Under the pieces are notes generated by a model that searched no databases, was not told where the DNA came from, and saw only the letters and a program-made list of their open reading frames with translations. A stretch of 64,000 nt of DNA from the NCBI RefSeq assembly GCF_902713615.1, contig NC_052162.1, positions 116,674,085 through 116,738,084 on the forward strand, given 5' to 3'. The position numbers and the translations under genes are program-made. Positions 11,830 through 24,524 of this stretch are shown here, in pieces; position 1 is the first letter of the stretch; each line of letters starts with the position of its first letter. Source of the stretch: Scyliorhinus canicula. Taxonomy: Eukaryota.

Positions 11830-14800
11830 TGTATCCACTATCTCTACAGCCGCCTCTTTCAACACTCTGGGATGTAGAGCATCAGCTTTTGGGGATTTAT
11901 TAACTTTCAACCACGTTAATTTCTCCAGTGCTACTTTTTCACTGATACTAATCTCTTTCAGTTCCTCGTGCTCACTGGTCCCTTGGTTCTTTAGAGTGTT
12001 TTTAGGACAATTTCTGTATCTTCCTCCGTGAGGACAGACACACATTGTTTAGTTTCTCTGCCATTTCCTTATTCCCCATTATAAACTCTCCTGTCTCTGC
12101 CTGGAATGGACCCACATTGGTCTTTGCTAATCTTTCCCTTTCACATTCCTATAGGAGCTTTTCCAGTCGGTTTTTATGTTTCTCGCCAGTTTGCTCTCAT
12201 ATTCTATTTTGTCTCATTTTTTAATAAGCATTTTATTGAGGTTTTTTTGGGCATTGAAACAGCAGCAATATAAGCAATGTACATAAAAATATAAACATAG
12301 TGCAAATACCACCTCCCTCCCCCACAGGTCCCACCATTACTTAACCCCCTAATCTACGCTAACTATAGAAATTGTCATAGCTCCCCTCCCCTTTATGCTG
12401 ATGATTCATTCTCCGCAAAGAAGTCGACGAACGGTTGCCACTTCCCAGCAAACCCGAACAGAGACCCTCTCAAGGCGAACTTGATTTTCTCCAGAGAAAG
12501 CCAGTCATGTCCGACAGCCAGGTCTCCGACTTCGGGGGCCTCGAGTCCCTCCATGCCAGTAATATCTGCCTCCGGGCTACCAGGGAAGCAAAGGCCAGAA
12601 CGTCCGCCTCTTTCTCCTCCTGGATTCCCGGATCCTGTGACACGCTGAAAATTGCCACCTCTGGACTCAGTGCCACCCTCGTATTTAATACTGTGGACAT
12701 GGTGTCGGCAAACCCCTGCCAAAATCCCCTCAGCCTTGGGCCTTGGACATGTCCAGAACATGTGGACATGGTTCACTGCCCCCCCCCCCCCCCCCCCCCG
12801 CACATTTCACACACCTGTCCTCCACCCCAAAGAATCTGTCCGGGCCACTGTCATATGAACCCGGTGAATGACCTTAAATTGGATCAAGCTGAGCCTGGCA
12901 CATGTTGCGGTCGCGTTGACCCTACTCAGCTCGTCCGCCCAAAGGCCCTCCTCTAACTCTCCCTCCAGCTCCTCCTCCCACTTTCGCTTCAGCTCCTCGG
13001 TCTGTGTCTCCTCTGAAACCATAACCTCCTTATAAATGTAAGAAACACTCCCCTCACCTATCCAACCTCTGGAGACCACCCTATCCTGAATCCCCCTGAG
13101 TGGCAGGAGTGGGAAGGTTGGTACCTGTCTATGCAGAAATTCCCGCACCTGCAAATATCAAAATTCATTTCCCCCCGCCAATGCAAACTTCTCCTCCAAC
13201 GCCCTCATACTCGGGAAGCTTCCTTCTATAAACAAGTCCCCCATCCTCCCAATCCCTGCTCTCTGCCAAATTCGGAACCCCCGCCGTCCATCCTCCCCGG
13301 GGCAAAGCGGTGATTATCTCAGATTGGGGACCATACCGATGCCCCCTCTGCTCCCACATGTCTCCTCCACTGCCCCTAGACTCTCAGGGCCGCCACAACC
13401 ACGGGGCTGGTGGAGCACCGCACGGCGGGAATGGCAGAGGCGATGTTACCAACGCCCCCAGACTTGTGCCCTTGCAAGAAGCCGCGTCCATGCACACCCA
13501 TGCCGGCTCCCCCCCACCAGCCACCTCCTCACCATGGCTATATTAGCTGCCCAGTAATAATTGCTAAAGTTCGGCAGCGCCAGCCCACCCTCCCCCCCCC
13601 AACTCCGCATAAGCATTGCCCTCTTCACTCACGGAGACTTGCCATCCCATACAAAGCCCACAATAACTTTACTGACCCGCTTAAAAAAGGACCGCGGGAT
13701 GAAGATGGGGAGACATTGAAGAACAATCAGGAATCTCGGGAGGACCATCATTTTCACCGCTTGGACTCTGCCCGCCAGAGACAACGGGAGCGCATCCCAT
13801 CTCCGGAAGTCATCTTCCGTCTGATCCACCAACCGGGCCAAGTTCAATGTATGTAGCCAGCCCCAATCCCACGCCACCTGGATATCTAGGTACCTGAAAA
13901 TGTCCCCCTACTACTCTGAACGGCAGTTCCCCCAGTCGCCTCTCCTGATCCCTCGCCTGGCCTACAAACATCTCGCTCTTCCCCATATTGAGCTTATACC
14001 CCGAAAAGCAGCTGAATTCCCCCACAATTCCCATAATTTCTTCCATCCCCTCAATTGGATTCGAAACATACAAAAGCAGGTAATCCGCATACAGTGCGAT
14101 TCTGTGCTCCCCCTCCCCCGGACGAGCCCCTTCCAGCCCCTTGAAGCCCTCAGAGCAATTGCCAGCGGCTCTATAGCCAGCGCAAACAGCAGTGAGGAGA
14201 GGGGGCATCCCTGTCTCGTCCCCACCCCGGTGCAGTCTAAAATAGTCCGAAGTCGTCCTGTTCGTCTGTACACTTGTCACAGGTGCCGGGTACAGAAACC
14301 TGACCCAGTCAATAAAGTCCCTCCCAAATCCGAACCGCCCCAGGATCTCCCAAAAATAATCCCACTCAACCCGGTCAAAAGCTTTCTCCGCATCCATCAC
14401 GACCACTACCTCCACCTCCCTACTTTCCGGGGGCATCATGATCCTGTTTAACAGCTTTCGTACATTGGCCACGAGCTACCTGCCCTTAACGAACCCCGTC
14501 TGATCTTCCACAATAATGTTCGGCACACAATCCTCAATCCTGGAGGACAAAAGTTTGGCCAGCAGTTTGGCATCTATGTTCAACAGGGAAATCGGCCCGT
14601 AGGACCCACATAGCTCCGGGTTCTTGTCCCATTCCAGGATAAGTGAAATTGTGGCCTGTGACATCGTCTGGGGCAGAACCTCCCCCCCTTTCCCTTGCCT
14701 CATTAAACACCTTCATCAGCACCAGTCCCAATATCCCGGAAAACTTTTTATAGAACTCCGCTGGGTACCCGTCCGGTCCCGGGCCCTTACCTGCCTGCAT

Positions 14801-15945
14801 GGCCTTCAGACCTTCCACTATCTCTTCCAACCCGATCGGGTCTCCCAGTCCTTCTGCCAGCTCCCCATCCACCTTCGGTAAAGTCAGCCCCTCCAGGAAG
14901 TGCCTCATTCCCTCCGGCCCCGCAGAGGGTACTGACTTGTACAACCTGCTGTAAAAATCCCGAAACGTCTTACTAACCCCGACCGAGTCCCCAACTAAGT
15001 TCCCATCCCCGTCGATAAATTTCCCTATTTCTCTAGCTGCCTCCCTCTTTCTGAGCTGCTGTGCAAGCATCATACTGGCCTTCTCACAATGCTCCCCTCG
15101 CCTTTCTGAGCTGTTCCACTGCCCTCCCTGTGGGTAACAAGCCAAACTCCGCCTGTAGTCTCCGTCGTTCCCTTAAATGCCCTTTCTCTGGAGTCTCCAC
15201 GTACCTCCTGTCGACTTGTAGGATCTCTCTCACCAGTCGGTCTGTTTCTGCCCTGTCCATCCTGTCACTGTGAGCCAGGATCGAGATCAGTTCTCCTCTC
15301 ACCACTGCCTTCAGCGCTTCCCAGAGCACTGCTGCTGAGACCTCCCCCGTATCATTCACCTGCGGGTAATGCAGCATGCATTTCCTCAGCCTCTCGCACA
15401 CCGCTTCGTCCGCCAACAGCCCTACATCCAACCTCCATTGCGGGCGCTAATTGCTATCTTTACTCACCTGCAGGTCAACCCAGTGTGGAGCTTGGTCCGA
15501 GATTGTAATCGCCGAATACCCCGTGTCCACCACCCCTGCCAGCAAGGCCCTACCCAAAACAAAGAAATCGATCTGAGAGTATACCTTATGTATGTGGGAG
15601 TAGAAAGAAAACTCCTTCACCGTCGGCTTCCTAAATCTCCATGGATCCACCCCCCTCATCTGCTCCATGAACCCTTTCAGTTCCTTTGCCATTGCTGGTA
15701 CCCTGCCCGTTTTCAAGCATGATTGATCCAGGCCTTGATCAATAACTGTATTAAAGACCCCTCCCATGATCACTTTGTGCGAGTCCAGGTTCTATTTTCT
15801 CTTTATCAGTTTCGTGGTCCTCCATTGCTAAATTCTAAAACAAGTCCTCAGGCTCACTACTATTTTGGCCACTTTATGAGCCTCTTCCTTTGATCTAATA
15901 GAATCTTTTCTTGTTCGCCGCGGTTGCATCACTTCCTGTCTCAGA
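11830..15945 (-). mobile_element. CR1 fragment (11830-12215 and 15790-15945) split by the L1 insertion
   Basis: KVNKSPKADALHPRVLKE. The uninterrupted paralog is at 45755-46035. Confidence 0.75.
12217..15789 (-). mobile_element. L1-clade LINE, 5'-truncated, frameshifted, ~13-bp TSD
   Basis: ORF2 pieces homologous to 7916-11829. TSD is ttctattttgtct (12202-12214) / ttctattttctct (15790-15802). Confidence 0.9.
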
Positions 15946-16034
15946 TTCCCTGAGAGAGAAAGAGAAGAGAGAACGAAATGCAGTCCTGGATGTAATTGAA
16001 GCAGAAACAATAACAGCAGAATCCATCACTGTGA

Positions 16035-17129
16035 TCAACTGTGAACTTGTTGGTGTCTCAGCAGGGACAAGGAAACACAGAATCCTTTCCCACACTGGGA
16101 GCAGGTGAACGGCCTCTCCCCAGTGTGAACTCGCTGGTGTCTCCGCAGGTTGGATAAGTCCGCGAATCCCTTCTCACACTGAGAGCAGGTGAATGGCCTC
16201 TCCCCAGTGTGAACTCGCTGGTGTGTCAGCAGATTGGATAAGTCCATGAATCCCTTCTCACACTGAGAGCAGGTGAACGGCCTCTCCCCAGTGTGAATTT
16301 GCTGGTGTTTCTGCAGGTGGGATGACTGAATGAATCCCTTCCCACACTGAGAGCAGGTGAATGGTCTCTCCCCAGTGTGAATTCGCTGATGTCTCTGAAG
16401 TGTGCTTGAGTGAACGAATCCCTTCCCACACTGAGAGCAGGTGAACGGCCTCTCCCCAGTGTGAACTCGCTGATGTCTCCGCAGGTTGGATAAGTCCATG
16501 AATCCCTTCTCACACTGAGAGCAGATGAACGGCCTCTCCCCAGTGTGAACGTGCTGGTGTTTCTGCAGGTGGGATGACTGAGTGAATCCCTTCCCACACT
16601 GAGAGCAGGTGAATGGTCTCTCCCCAGTGTGAACTCGCTGGTGTGTCTGAAGTTTGCTTGACTGAGCGAATCCCTTCCCACACTGGGAGCATGTGAATGG
16701 CCACTCCCCAGTGTGAATTCGCTGGTGTGACTTCAGGTTTTCTAAACGAGTGAATCCCTTCCCACACTGAGAGCAGGTGAACGGCCTCTCGCCAGTGTGA
16801 ACTCGCTGGTGTCTCTGCAGGGTGGATAAGTCCGTGAATCCCTTCTCACAATGAGAGCAGGTGAACGGCCTCTCCCCAGTGTGAACTTGCTGGTGTGTCT
16901 GCAGGCTGTTTGACTGAGTGAATCCCTTCCCACACTGGGAGCAGGTGAATGGCCACTCCCCAGTGTGAATTCGCTGGTGTGACTTCAGGTTTTCTAAACG
17001 AATGAATCCCTTCCTACACTGAGAGCAGGTGAACGGCCTCTCCCCAGTGTGAATGCGTCGATGAATCTCCAGTTTAGACGGGACTCTGTATCCCTTCCCA
17101 CAGTCCCCACATTTCCACCGTTTCTCCAT
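16035..17129 (-). CDS. C2H2 ZNF copy 2, intact, 13 fingers, no effector domain
   Basis: [13 protein letters not shown]...LLRHQQVHS*. Acceptor at 17468/17467 and exon-1 donor at ~22141. Confidence 0.9.
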   Translation of the reverse strand: MEKRWKCGDCGKGYRVPSKLEIHRRIHTGERPFTCSQCRKGFIRLENLKSHQRIHTGEWPFTCSQCGKGFTQSNSLQTHQQVHTGERPFTCSHCEKGFTDLSTLQRHQRVHTGERPFTCSQCGKGFTRLENLKSHQRIHTGEWPFTCSQCGKGFAQSSKLQTHQRVHTGERPFTCSQCGKGFTQSSHLQKHQHVHTGERPFICSQCEKGFMDLSNLRRHQRVHTGERPFTCSQCGKGFVHSSTLQRHQRIHTGERPFTCSQCGKGFIQSSHLQKHQQIHTGERPFTCSQCEKGFMDLSNLLTHQRVHTGERPFTCSQCEKGFADLSNLRRHQRVHTGERPFTCSQCGKGFCVSLSLLRHQQVHS

Positions 17130-17952
17130 CTTTTGGGTCAACTCGTGTCTCTCCAGGTTAGACAATCAGTTGAAGCTTCGTCCACACACAGAACACATGT
17201 ACTGTCCCTACCCGCTGTGAATGGTGCGATGTGTTTTCAGGCTGTGTAACTGGTTAAAGCTCTTTCCACAGTCAGTGCTCTGGAACACTCTCACTCAGGT
17301 GTGTGTGTCTCGGTGCTTTTCCAGTCACACTGACGTTTAAACTTTGTTGAAGCCAACAGGTCGGGCAAACATTTCTCATAGATTTAATGGTCGATGAACC
17401 AAGTGACTCTATCAGATCTAGACGTGATGTTTGAGATTTCTGTCTGTAAATCCTATCCTTTCACATCCTGTAAAAGGAGTTTACAAAAGACATCACAGTC
17501 AGTATAGGATAGAAATTCAGAACAGACAATTCTAGTTTCTATGGAACATTCTTTCCTCTCTCATTCCCCAAAAGCTGTAAATCTCCATCCCACACACTCT
17601 CCCTCCATTCTCACTCTGCTGTATCTAATACTCACCCTCCCAATTCCCCTGAAGGTGCTGATTCAGGCTGATTGACAGATCCAAGCTCACTCCTGTCCTG
17701 GACACAGAGACCATAACAAATAGGAGCTGCAGTTGGCCATTCAGCCCATCAAGCCTACTCGACCATTCAATGAGATAATTGGCCAATCTACCTCAGCACC
17801 ATTTTTCCATACTATCCCCCATATCCCTCGATATCTTCAATATAGAGAAACCTATCAATCTCGGTGTAAAAATACTTGATGACTGAGGCTCCAGAGTCCT
17901 CTGGGGTAGGGAATTCCAAAGCTTCAGCACATTGTCTTTAAATTCATTGCCG

Positions 17953-18175
17953 GGGGCAGCACGGTGGCACAGTGGTTAGTACTGCTGCCCCTCAGTGCCG
18001 AGGACCTGGGTTTGATCCCGGCCCCGAGTAACTGTCCACGTGGAGTCTGCACATTCTCCCTGTGCCAGCGTGGGTCTCACCTCCACAATGTAAATCGATG
18101 TGCAGAGTCGGTGAATTGGCCACGCTAAATTGACTCTTAATTGAAAAAAAAGAATTGGTTACTCTAAATTTATTT
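17953..18175 (+). mobile_element. tRNA-derived shark SINE (HE1-like)
   Basis: gggcagcacggtggcacagtggttag A-box, gtttgatcc B-box, conserved gcacattctccc core. Confidence 0.85.
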
Positions 18176-18184
18176 TTTGTTGAA

Positions 18185-19360
18185 GGAAAATTAAGTTTCG
18201 GAGACAGAGGTGTAATTAAAGCATCGTAAAAAGCGTGGGCTAATGAAATGTTGTTTGGATGAAGGGGATTCCCTGTGGAGTTAATTAGATTTCAGCTTGG
18301 TAAGATGATGTCAGTACTGGGAGGAGCCAAGCTTGAATGATGAGGGCCTTGAGCCTTGAGGAAGGTGTTAAACAGCTTAAAGCTAGCACGCATGGCAGAG
18401 GAAGTTAAAAACAATGAGAATGGTTGAAATAGACGAAGATAGAAACAGCTTCACGGTTTTTTAGACTTTGAGCAGAATGCAACACGTGTTTTTTGAAATG
18501 TTTGGCAGTCTTGGGGATGATGCGAAGTCGCGGTTTTTAATGTAACACATCTATTTTGTTAAACATGAGACAATGCTTTGTAATTGACATGCACTGGAGA
18601 GAGGGTTTGAAATGTATAAAGTCTCAGAACGGCAGTTGCAAATAACACAGCAAGAAGTCTTACAACACCAGGTTAAAGTCCAACATGTTTGTTTCAAACA
18701 CGAGCTTTAGGAGCACTGTTCTCCTGAAGAAGGAGCTGTGCTCCGAAAACTAGTGTTTGAAACAAACCTGTTGGACTTTAACCTGGTGTTGTAAGACTTC
18801 TTACTGTGCTCACCCCAGTCCAACGCCGGCACCTCCACATCATGGCAAATAACACAGGTACAAGAGATAAAAGGGGAAGAGACAGGCCGAGCCATTCGGT
18901 TCAAATTTATTCTTCGATTCGATTCGAATCAGCTCATCGCTCCATGGGAATCGGAAGATGCCGGAAGACCGAAGAATGTGAACAACCACAAGCTATCAAG
19001 ATAGAAGCAAAATTGTTCAGAGAGCTCCTGAAGTCTGATCAACTAAAAGAGATTTTGTTAAAGCAAATAAAAATCAGTGTGATTTTAAATTTCAACCTGA
19101 AATAGTAGTTTATTTCAAATCTAAACCTGAAATAGTGGTTTACCCAGAAGACTCACCTATACATCCTCAGCAGATCCAGACCTTTAAAGGACATTGAGTG
19201 GTAAGTGAGTTAGAATTCTTCCTTGTAGATTTGGGATCCTATCACAACTTGAAATATAATTTGAAATAGATTAGTTCCCATCTGGTATCAGCAAGGGAGT
19301 CTAAAGGATAGAAGACCGTAGAGTGGCAACTAGTTAAGAAGTTATAGGATAGAGTAATTC
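18185..19360 (+). mobile_element. Unclassified insertion in ZNF copy 2 intron, possibly LTR-like
   Basis: Absent from paralogous introns; has TATAAA and AATAAA motifs; no ORF recognised. Confidence 0.25.
18651..18844. mobile_element. Short palindromic Penelope-derived element with 13-bp TSD and hammerhead-like core
   Basis: Hairpin arms agaagtcttacaacaccagg.../...cctggtgttgtaagacttct. TSD gcaaataacacag at 18638-18650 and 18845-18857. CTGAAGA a GGAGC tgt GCTCC GAAA at 18724-18748. Confidence 0.8.
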
Positions 19361-19814
19361 AGAAAGGATTAATATCTTTTTTTTTTAAAGAGTATAATTT
19401 TGATATTTTTATTTTCAGAAAGTTCTTAGCAATGCTGATTCATTTTCTAACTTTATTTTTTTTTAAATCCACAGAAAATAAGGCAATGGGTATTAATGAT
19501 ATTTTCAGCATGATCAACAGTACACAACTAGATATCAAGCATCAGTAGTTTTCAGATTTCAAATGTTCATGGTAAACAAAATGTCTCCCCAGTGGTTACC
19601 TGCAATTAGTGAAACTGATGAAGTATTTCACTTTCCAAACACTATCATACTTGGGTTAACACTTATCCAGATGTCATGACAAAATAAAGCTTACAGTTTA
19701 ACTCCTGACCTTTTTTACCTTCAACAAGCAGCTCAAACCAAATGTCTTAAAACGTGTGCAGACTCTAATTGTAAACAAATAACTGCTGTAGTATAGCAAA
19801 GGTTGGAACAGATC

Positions 19815-20255
19815 AGTTTCTTCTGGTCTGAGTTATAAGGAGAGGCTGGATGGGCTGGGACTTTTCCCCCTGGAGTGTAGGAGGCTTCGGTGTAATCTTA
19901 TAGAGGTCAACAAAATAATGAGCATAGATAAGGTCGATAGTCAACATCTTTTCCCTGAGGTAGAGGAGTCTAGAACTAGAGGGCATAGATTTGAGGTGAG
20001 AGAAGAGAGATGCAAAAGAGACCAGAGGGGACATTTCTTCATACAGAGGGTGGTGAACATCTGGAATGGCTGCCAGAGGCAGTGTAGAGGCAGGTACAAT
20101 TTTGTCCTTTAAAAGAGCAGTGGACATGGGCAGGGTGGGTATAGAGGGATATAGTCCAAATGCTGGAAAGTGGGACTAGCTTAGTAATAGAAACTGGGCG
20201 GCATGGACAAGCTGGGCCGAAGAGCCTGGTTCCAAGCTGTAAACATCTATAACTC
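19815..20255 (+). mobile_element. CR1 LINE 3' end
   Basis: SRTRGHRFEV...FFIQRVVNIWN followed by a typical 3' tail. Confidence 0.8.
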
Positions 20256-20504
20256 TACCTGGAACAAAATAAACCTCGCCTCAAGTTTGTTAAGCTCCAA
20301 TCACCAGGAGTTAAGGGAGGGTAAAGTCTCCCACAAATCAGGCTTCATCAATTGGCCTCTCGCCTTAGGTTCATAAGGGATTGGGTTAGGATGGAGCCAA
20401 CATTCATCTGGCTCAGTACAGAAGCAGATTAGTCAGTTCTCCCTCTATCCAAAACTGGCACAGGCTGATTATGGAATGCATCTCCATGCAATTTTTAAAG
20501 TGTG

Positions 20505-20820
20505 AGTCATAGAATTTACAGTGCAGAAGGAGACCATTCGGCCCATCGAGTCTGCACCGGCTCCTGGAAAGATAACCCCACTTAAGCCCACACCTCCACA
20601 CTATCCCCGTAAACTAGTAACCCCACCTAACCCGAGGGCAATTTAGCATGGCCAATCTATCTAACCTGCGCATCTTTCGACTGAGAGGGGAAACTGGAGC
20701 ACCTGGAGGAAACCCACGCAGACACAGTGAGAACGTGCAGACTCCACACAGACAGTGACCCAAGCTGGGAATCGAACCTGGGACCCTGAAGCTGTGAAGC
20801 ATCAGTCTGATGCATTGGGT
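20505..20820 (-). mobile_element. HE1-like SINE
   Basis: Reverse complement of the SINE head/core with a LINE-derived tail. Confidence 0.85.
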
Positions 20821-20934
20821 AGAGTATCGTACTCCTATCACAAATACATAGGCTCCAATTTGACTGACTTGCTCCTCCTGGGCTTCCTCCTGAGCTTTCC
20901 ATGAGTGAATTCAATTTAACTTAGGCCGGGAGTA

Positions 20935-21275
20935 GGGCACAGTGGTTAATGCTGCTACCTCAGCGCGAGGGACCCAGGTTCAATTCTAGCCTTGGGCAGC
21001 TGTCTGTGTGGAGTTTGCATATTCTCCTTGTGTCTTTGCGTGTTTCCTCCGGGTTCTCCAGTTTCCTCCCACTGTCCAAAGATGTGGAGTGAAAGTGGAT
21101 TGGTCACGCTAAATTGCCCCTTGGTGTCCAAGATGTGTAGGTTAGATGGGTTGACCATGATCAATGCACCGGGTTACGAGGATAGGATGGGGAGTGGGCC
21201 TCAGTGAAGTGCTATTTCTGAGGCTTAGTACAGACTTGAGGGGCGAATGGCCTTCTGCACTATAGGAGTTCTATG
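20935..21275 (+). mobile_element. HE1-like SINE
   Basis: ggcacagtggtta...ggttcaattc...gggtttcctccggg-like core. Confidence 0.85.
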
Positions 21276-22141
21276 TCATCTATGTTATGTTATTCATTTT
21301 AATTTGATTTTGCTGTTAGTCTGTTTGTAATATTTTTGGGTTTACAAACTGAATTGTTATCCTCGGTTTTTAGATAATCTCATCCTCTTTCCACACTCAC
21401 TATTTTAATCTGCTGACTGGTTGTTCAATTCATCTGGCATTTCATCTCAAGGCACTGGTTCCTCAAATATCCTGTTCCAAATTAATTCTGCTCCAAATTA
21501 ATTCTGCAATGTGTTGCATGTATTAATGTTGGCAATATCTCTTGTTCCGCTCTGGTGCCCATTTTCCACCATTCTTTCTGTTACTCTGTTGCATTCATTG
21601 TTTAGAACATGATTTAAAACATATCAATTTATTAAAAATCTGTCCAACTAATCCGTGAATATATTCAATGACCCCCACACCCCACTGGTCCCTGTGAAAG
21701 AAATCCAGAGCTAATAACCCTCTGAGGGAAGAAATGACTGGAAATATATAATAGAGCTACATAAGGCTAGGAATAATAATAAATGTACTTTATTATTGAA
21801 CCATAAATATCTCTAATCTGTACCATATAACAACACGAGACAGGTCTCTGTCCGATGTTAATTTACTGTCCCTTAAATGCCAGCCATCTCCTGGGGAAAG
21901 CAGCCCTTTAATTGTGAACATTGGGAAAGAGACCATCCTTTTAGCCAGACAAATAAACGTGTCAAGTTGAGGGAGCAAAATATGTCAATGTCTTTAAGAG
22001 AGAGAGACCTGGGCCAAGCTTTACAGAGTCTGCACCCTCCCTGGATTCACTTCCTTTCCCTTCAGTTGCTGCAAGTAACCAATTGAAGGTGAGAATGAGA
22101 AAAGAAATGGAAAGGGGGAGAAAAGAAAGTGTTTTACTCAC

Positions 22142-22665
22142 AGATGTTGGAGAGAGGAGGAAGTTTCAGTGTGTGTCAGGTCCCAGGTTTCCTCATTGTC
22201 CAGCTTCCGCAATCAGACAACGGAGAAGCTGATTGGATGGGGAAGGGAGTCCTTCCGGTTCACCAACTCTTCCCATTGGTCAAGAACATTCCTGCGCACG
22301 CCGAGGAATCTGCGGTGACATCTAAGGGTTCCAGTGCGCAGGCCCGGCACGCGGACACAGCAGCTCCGCCCACTCATTGTTCCCCCTCCTCCAGACAAGG
22401 TTTCCAGGCAACAGGCTGACAGCTCCGGCCAGAGCAAAAAGCCTCTCGGTGATTTCCCCTCCCCCCGGCCCGGGACTGCGCATGTCCTAGAGAGAGTAGA
22501 GGCGGCGCATGTGCGAGGGAAAGCCCAACCCCTGACCTGTCCTGCTGAGGTGTTGACCAATGGGAAGAGTTAGGACTGGAAGGACTCTGCTCCTCCAGCC
22601 AATCAGCGCGGGCTTTGAAGATTGAGCTTCACACAGACGGAAATCTCTTCCTGTCTCCAACATCT
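22142..22665. promoter_or_regulatory. Quasi-palindromic bidirectional promoter and two non-coding first exons (ZNF copies 2 and 3)
   Basis: Mirror-image donors ccaacatct|GTGAGT (22666+, ~22141-), paired CCAAT boxes on each side, GCGCATG NRF1-like sites (22477, 22505), RFX X-box 22400-22412, locally CpG-rich. Confidence 0.75.
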
Positions 22666-22827
22666 GTGAGTAAAACACTTTCTTTTCTCCCCTTTCCATT
22701 TCTTTTCTCATTCTCACCTTCAATTGGTTACTTGCAGCAACTGAAGGGAAAGGAAGTGAATCCAGGGAGGGTGCAGACTCTGGAAATCTTGGCCCAGATG
22801 TCTCTCTCTCTTTCTTAAAGACATTGA

Positions 22828-23010
22828 GAAGTCTTACAACACCAGGTTAAAGTCCAACAGGTTTGCTTCGAATCACTAGCTTTCAGAGCACAGCACCTTC
22901 CTCAGCGCCTTCCATTCACCTAGTGATTCGAAACAAACCTGTTGGACTTTAACCTGGTGTTGTAAGGCATCTTACTGTGCTCATCCCAGTCCCAGTTCTC
23001 CACATCATGG
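22828..23010. mobile_element. Short palindromic Penelope-derived element with 14-bp TSD
   Basis: TSD cttaaagacattga at 22814-22827 and 23011-23024. The empty site is seen in the paralog at ~48418. Confidence 0.82.
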
Positions 23011-23161
23011 CTTAAAGACATTGACATCCTTTGCTCCCTCAGCTTGACACGTTTATTTGTCTGGCTAAAAGGATGGTCTCTTTCCTAATGTTCACAATTA
23101 AAGGGCTGGTTTTCCCAGGAGATGGCTGACATTTAAGGGGACAGTCAATAAATATTAGGCA

Positions 23162-23385
23162 GTGGGTGGCATGGTTAATCATTGATGCTTCACAGCATCG
23201 AGAACCCGACTTCGATCCAGGCCCCGGGTCGCTGTCCGTGTTGAGTTTGCACATTCTCCCTGTGTCTGCGTGGATCTCACCCGCCACAACCCAAAGATGT
23301 GAAGGGTAGGTGAATTGGCCACATCAAATTGCCTTTTGATTGGAACAAAAGAATTGGGTATTCTAAATTTACTTTTAAAAATAAA
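23162..23385 (+). mobile_element. HE1-like SINE in ZNF copy 3 intron
   Basis: SINE head/core; flanking aggcag is duplicated. Confidence 0.8.
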
Positions 23386-24524
23386 AATTTAAAATCAGGC
23401 AGAGATATGTCTAGTGTTTCTATATGGTACATATTTAATACAGTATTTATGGTTCTGCAAATAAGTACATTTATTAGAATTTCTAGTTGTGTAATAATGC
23501 AGTTACATTATATATTTCCAGTCTTCTCTTCTGTCAGATGATTATTAGTCTCTGGATTTCTCTTCGACAGGGACCAGTGGGGTCTGAGAGTCATTGAATA
23601 TATTCAAGGATGAGTTAGCTAGATTTTTAATTGACAAGGGAGTCAAGGTTTATGGGCAACAAGTAGGAAAATCAAGAGAAAGCTGAGATGAGGAGGAATT
23701 TCTTCACTGGAGGATGGGGTGAAGCTTTGGAATTCTCTACCCCAGAGGACTGGAACCTCAGTCATCAAGTATTATCAGACTGAGATTGACAGGTTTCTCG
23801 ATATTGAACATACCGATGGGGGATAGTGTGGGAAAATGGTGCTGAGGTAGATTGGCCAATTAGCTCATTTAATGGTTGAGCAGGTTCTATGGGCTGAATG
23901 GCTGAATGCAGCTCCTATTCATTATGATCTGTGTTCTGACAGGAAGCGATGATCATGGGTCTGTCAATCAGCCTGAATCAGCACCTTCAGGAGATTTGGG
24001 AGGGTGAATATTAGATACAGCAGAGTGAGAATGGAGGGAGAGTGTGTGGGATGGAGATTTACAGTATTTGGGGAATGAGAGAGGAAAGAATGTTCCAGAG
24101 AAACTAGAATTGTCTGTTCTGAATTTCTATCCTGTACTGACAGTGATTTTTTTGTAAATTGTTTTTCCAGGATATTAGAAGAGGAGGAATCACAGATAAA
24201 AATTGCAAGGGTCAAATCTCGATCTGACAGTCACTCGATTCTTTGGGACCTGAATATCATCGGCCTTTGAATCTGGAAGGAGAAATGTTTCCCGTTCTGT
24301 AGGCGTCGAAATATTTTAAACATCAGTGTGACTGGAAAAGTACCGAGACACACACACCCGAGTGAGAGTGTTCCAGAGCACTGACTGTGGAAAGAGCCTT
24401 AACCAGTTACACAGTCTGAAAGAATATCACGGCATTCACAGGGGGGAGAGACCATACATGTGGGTTCTGTGAAGTCAAGGCTTCAGCTGATTGCCTGACC
24501 CGGAGAGACACAAAGATTCGAAAT

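Noticed and set aside
8291-15722. Numerous antisense ORFs within L1 copies
   Set aside because: Shadow frames of GC-rich L1 ORF2.
17953-18030. tRNA genes at SINE heads
   Set aside because: A/B boxes continue into SINE bodies; no complete cloverleaf.
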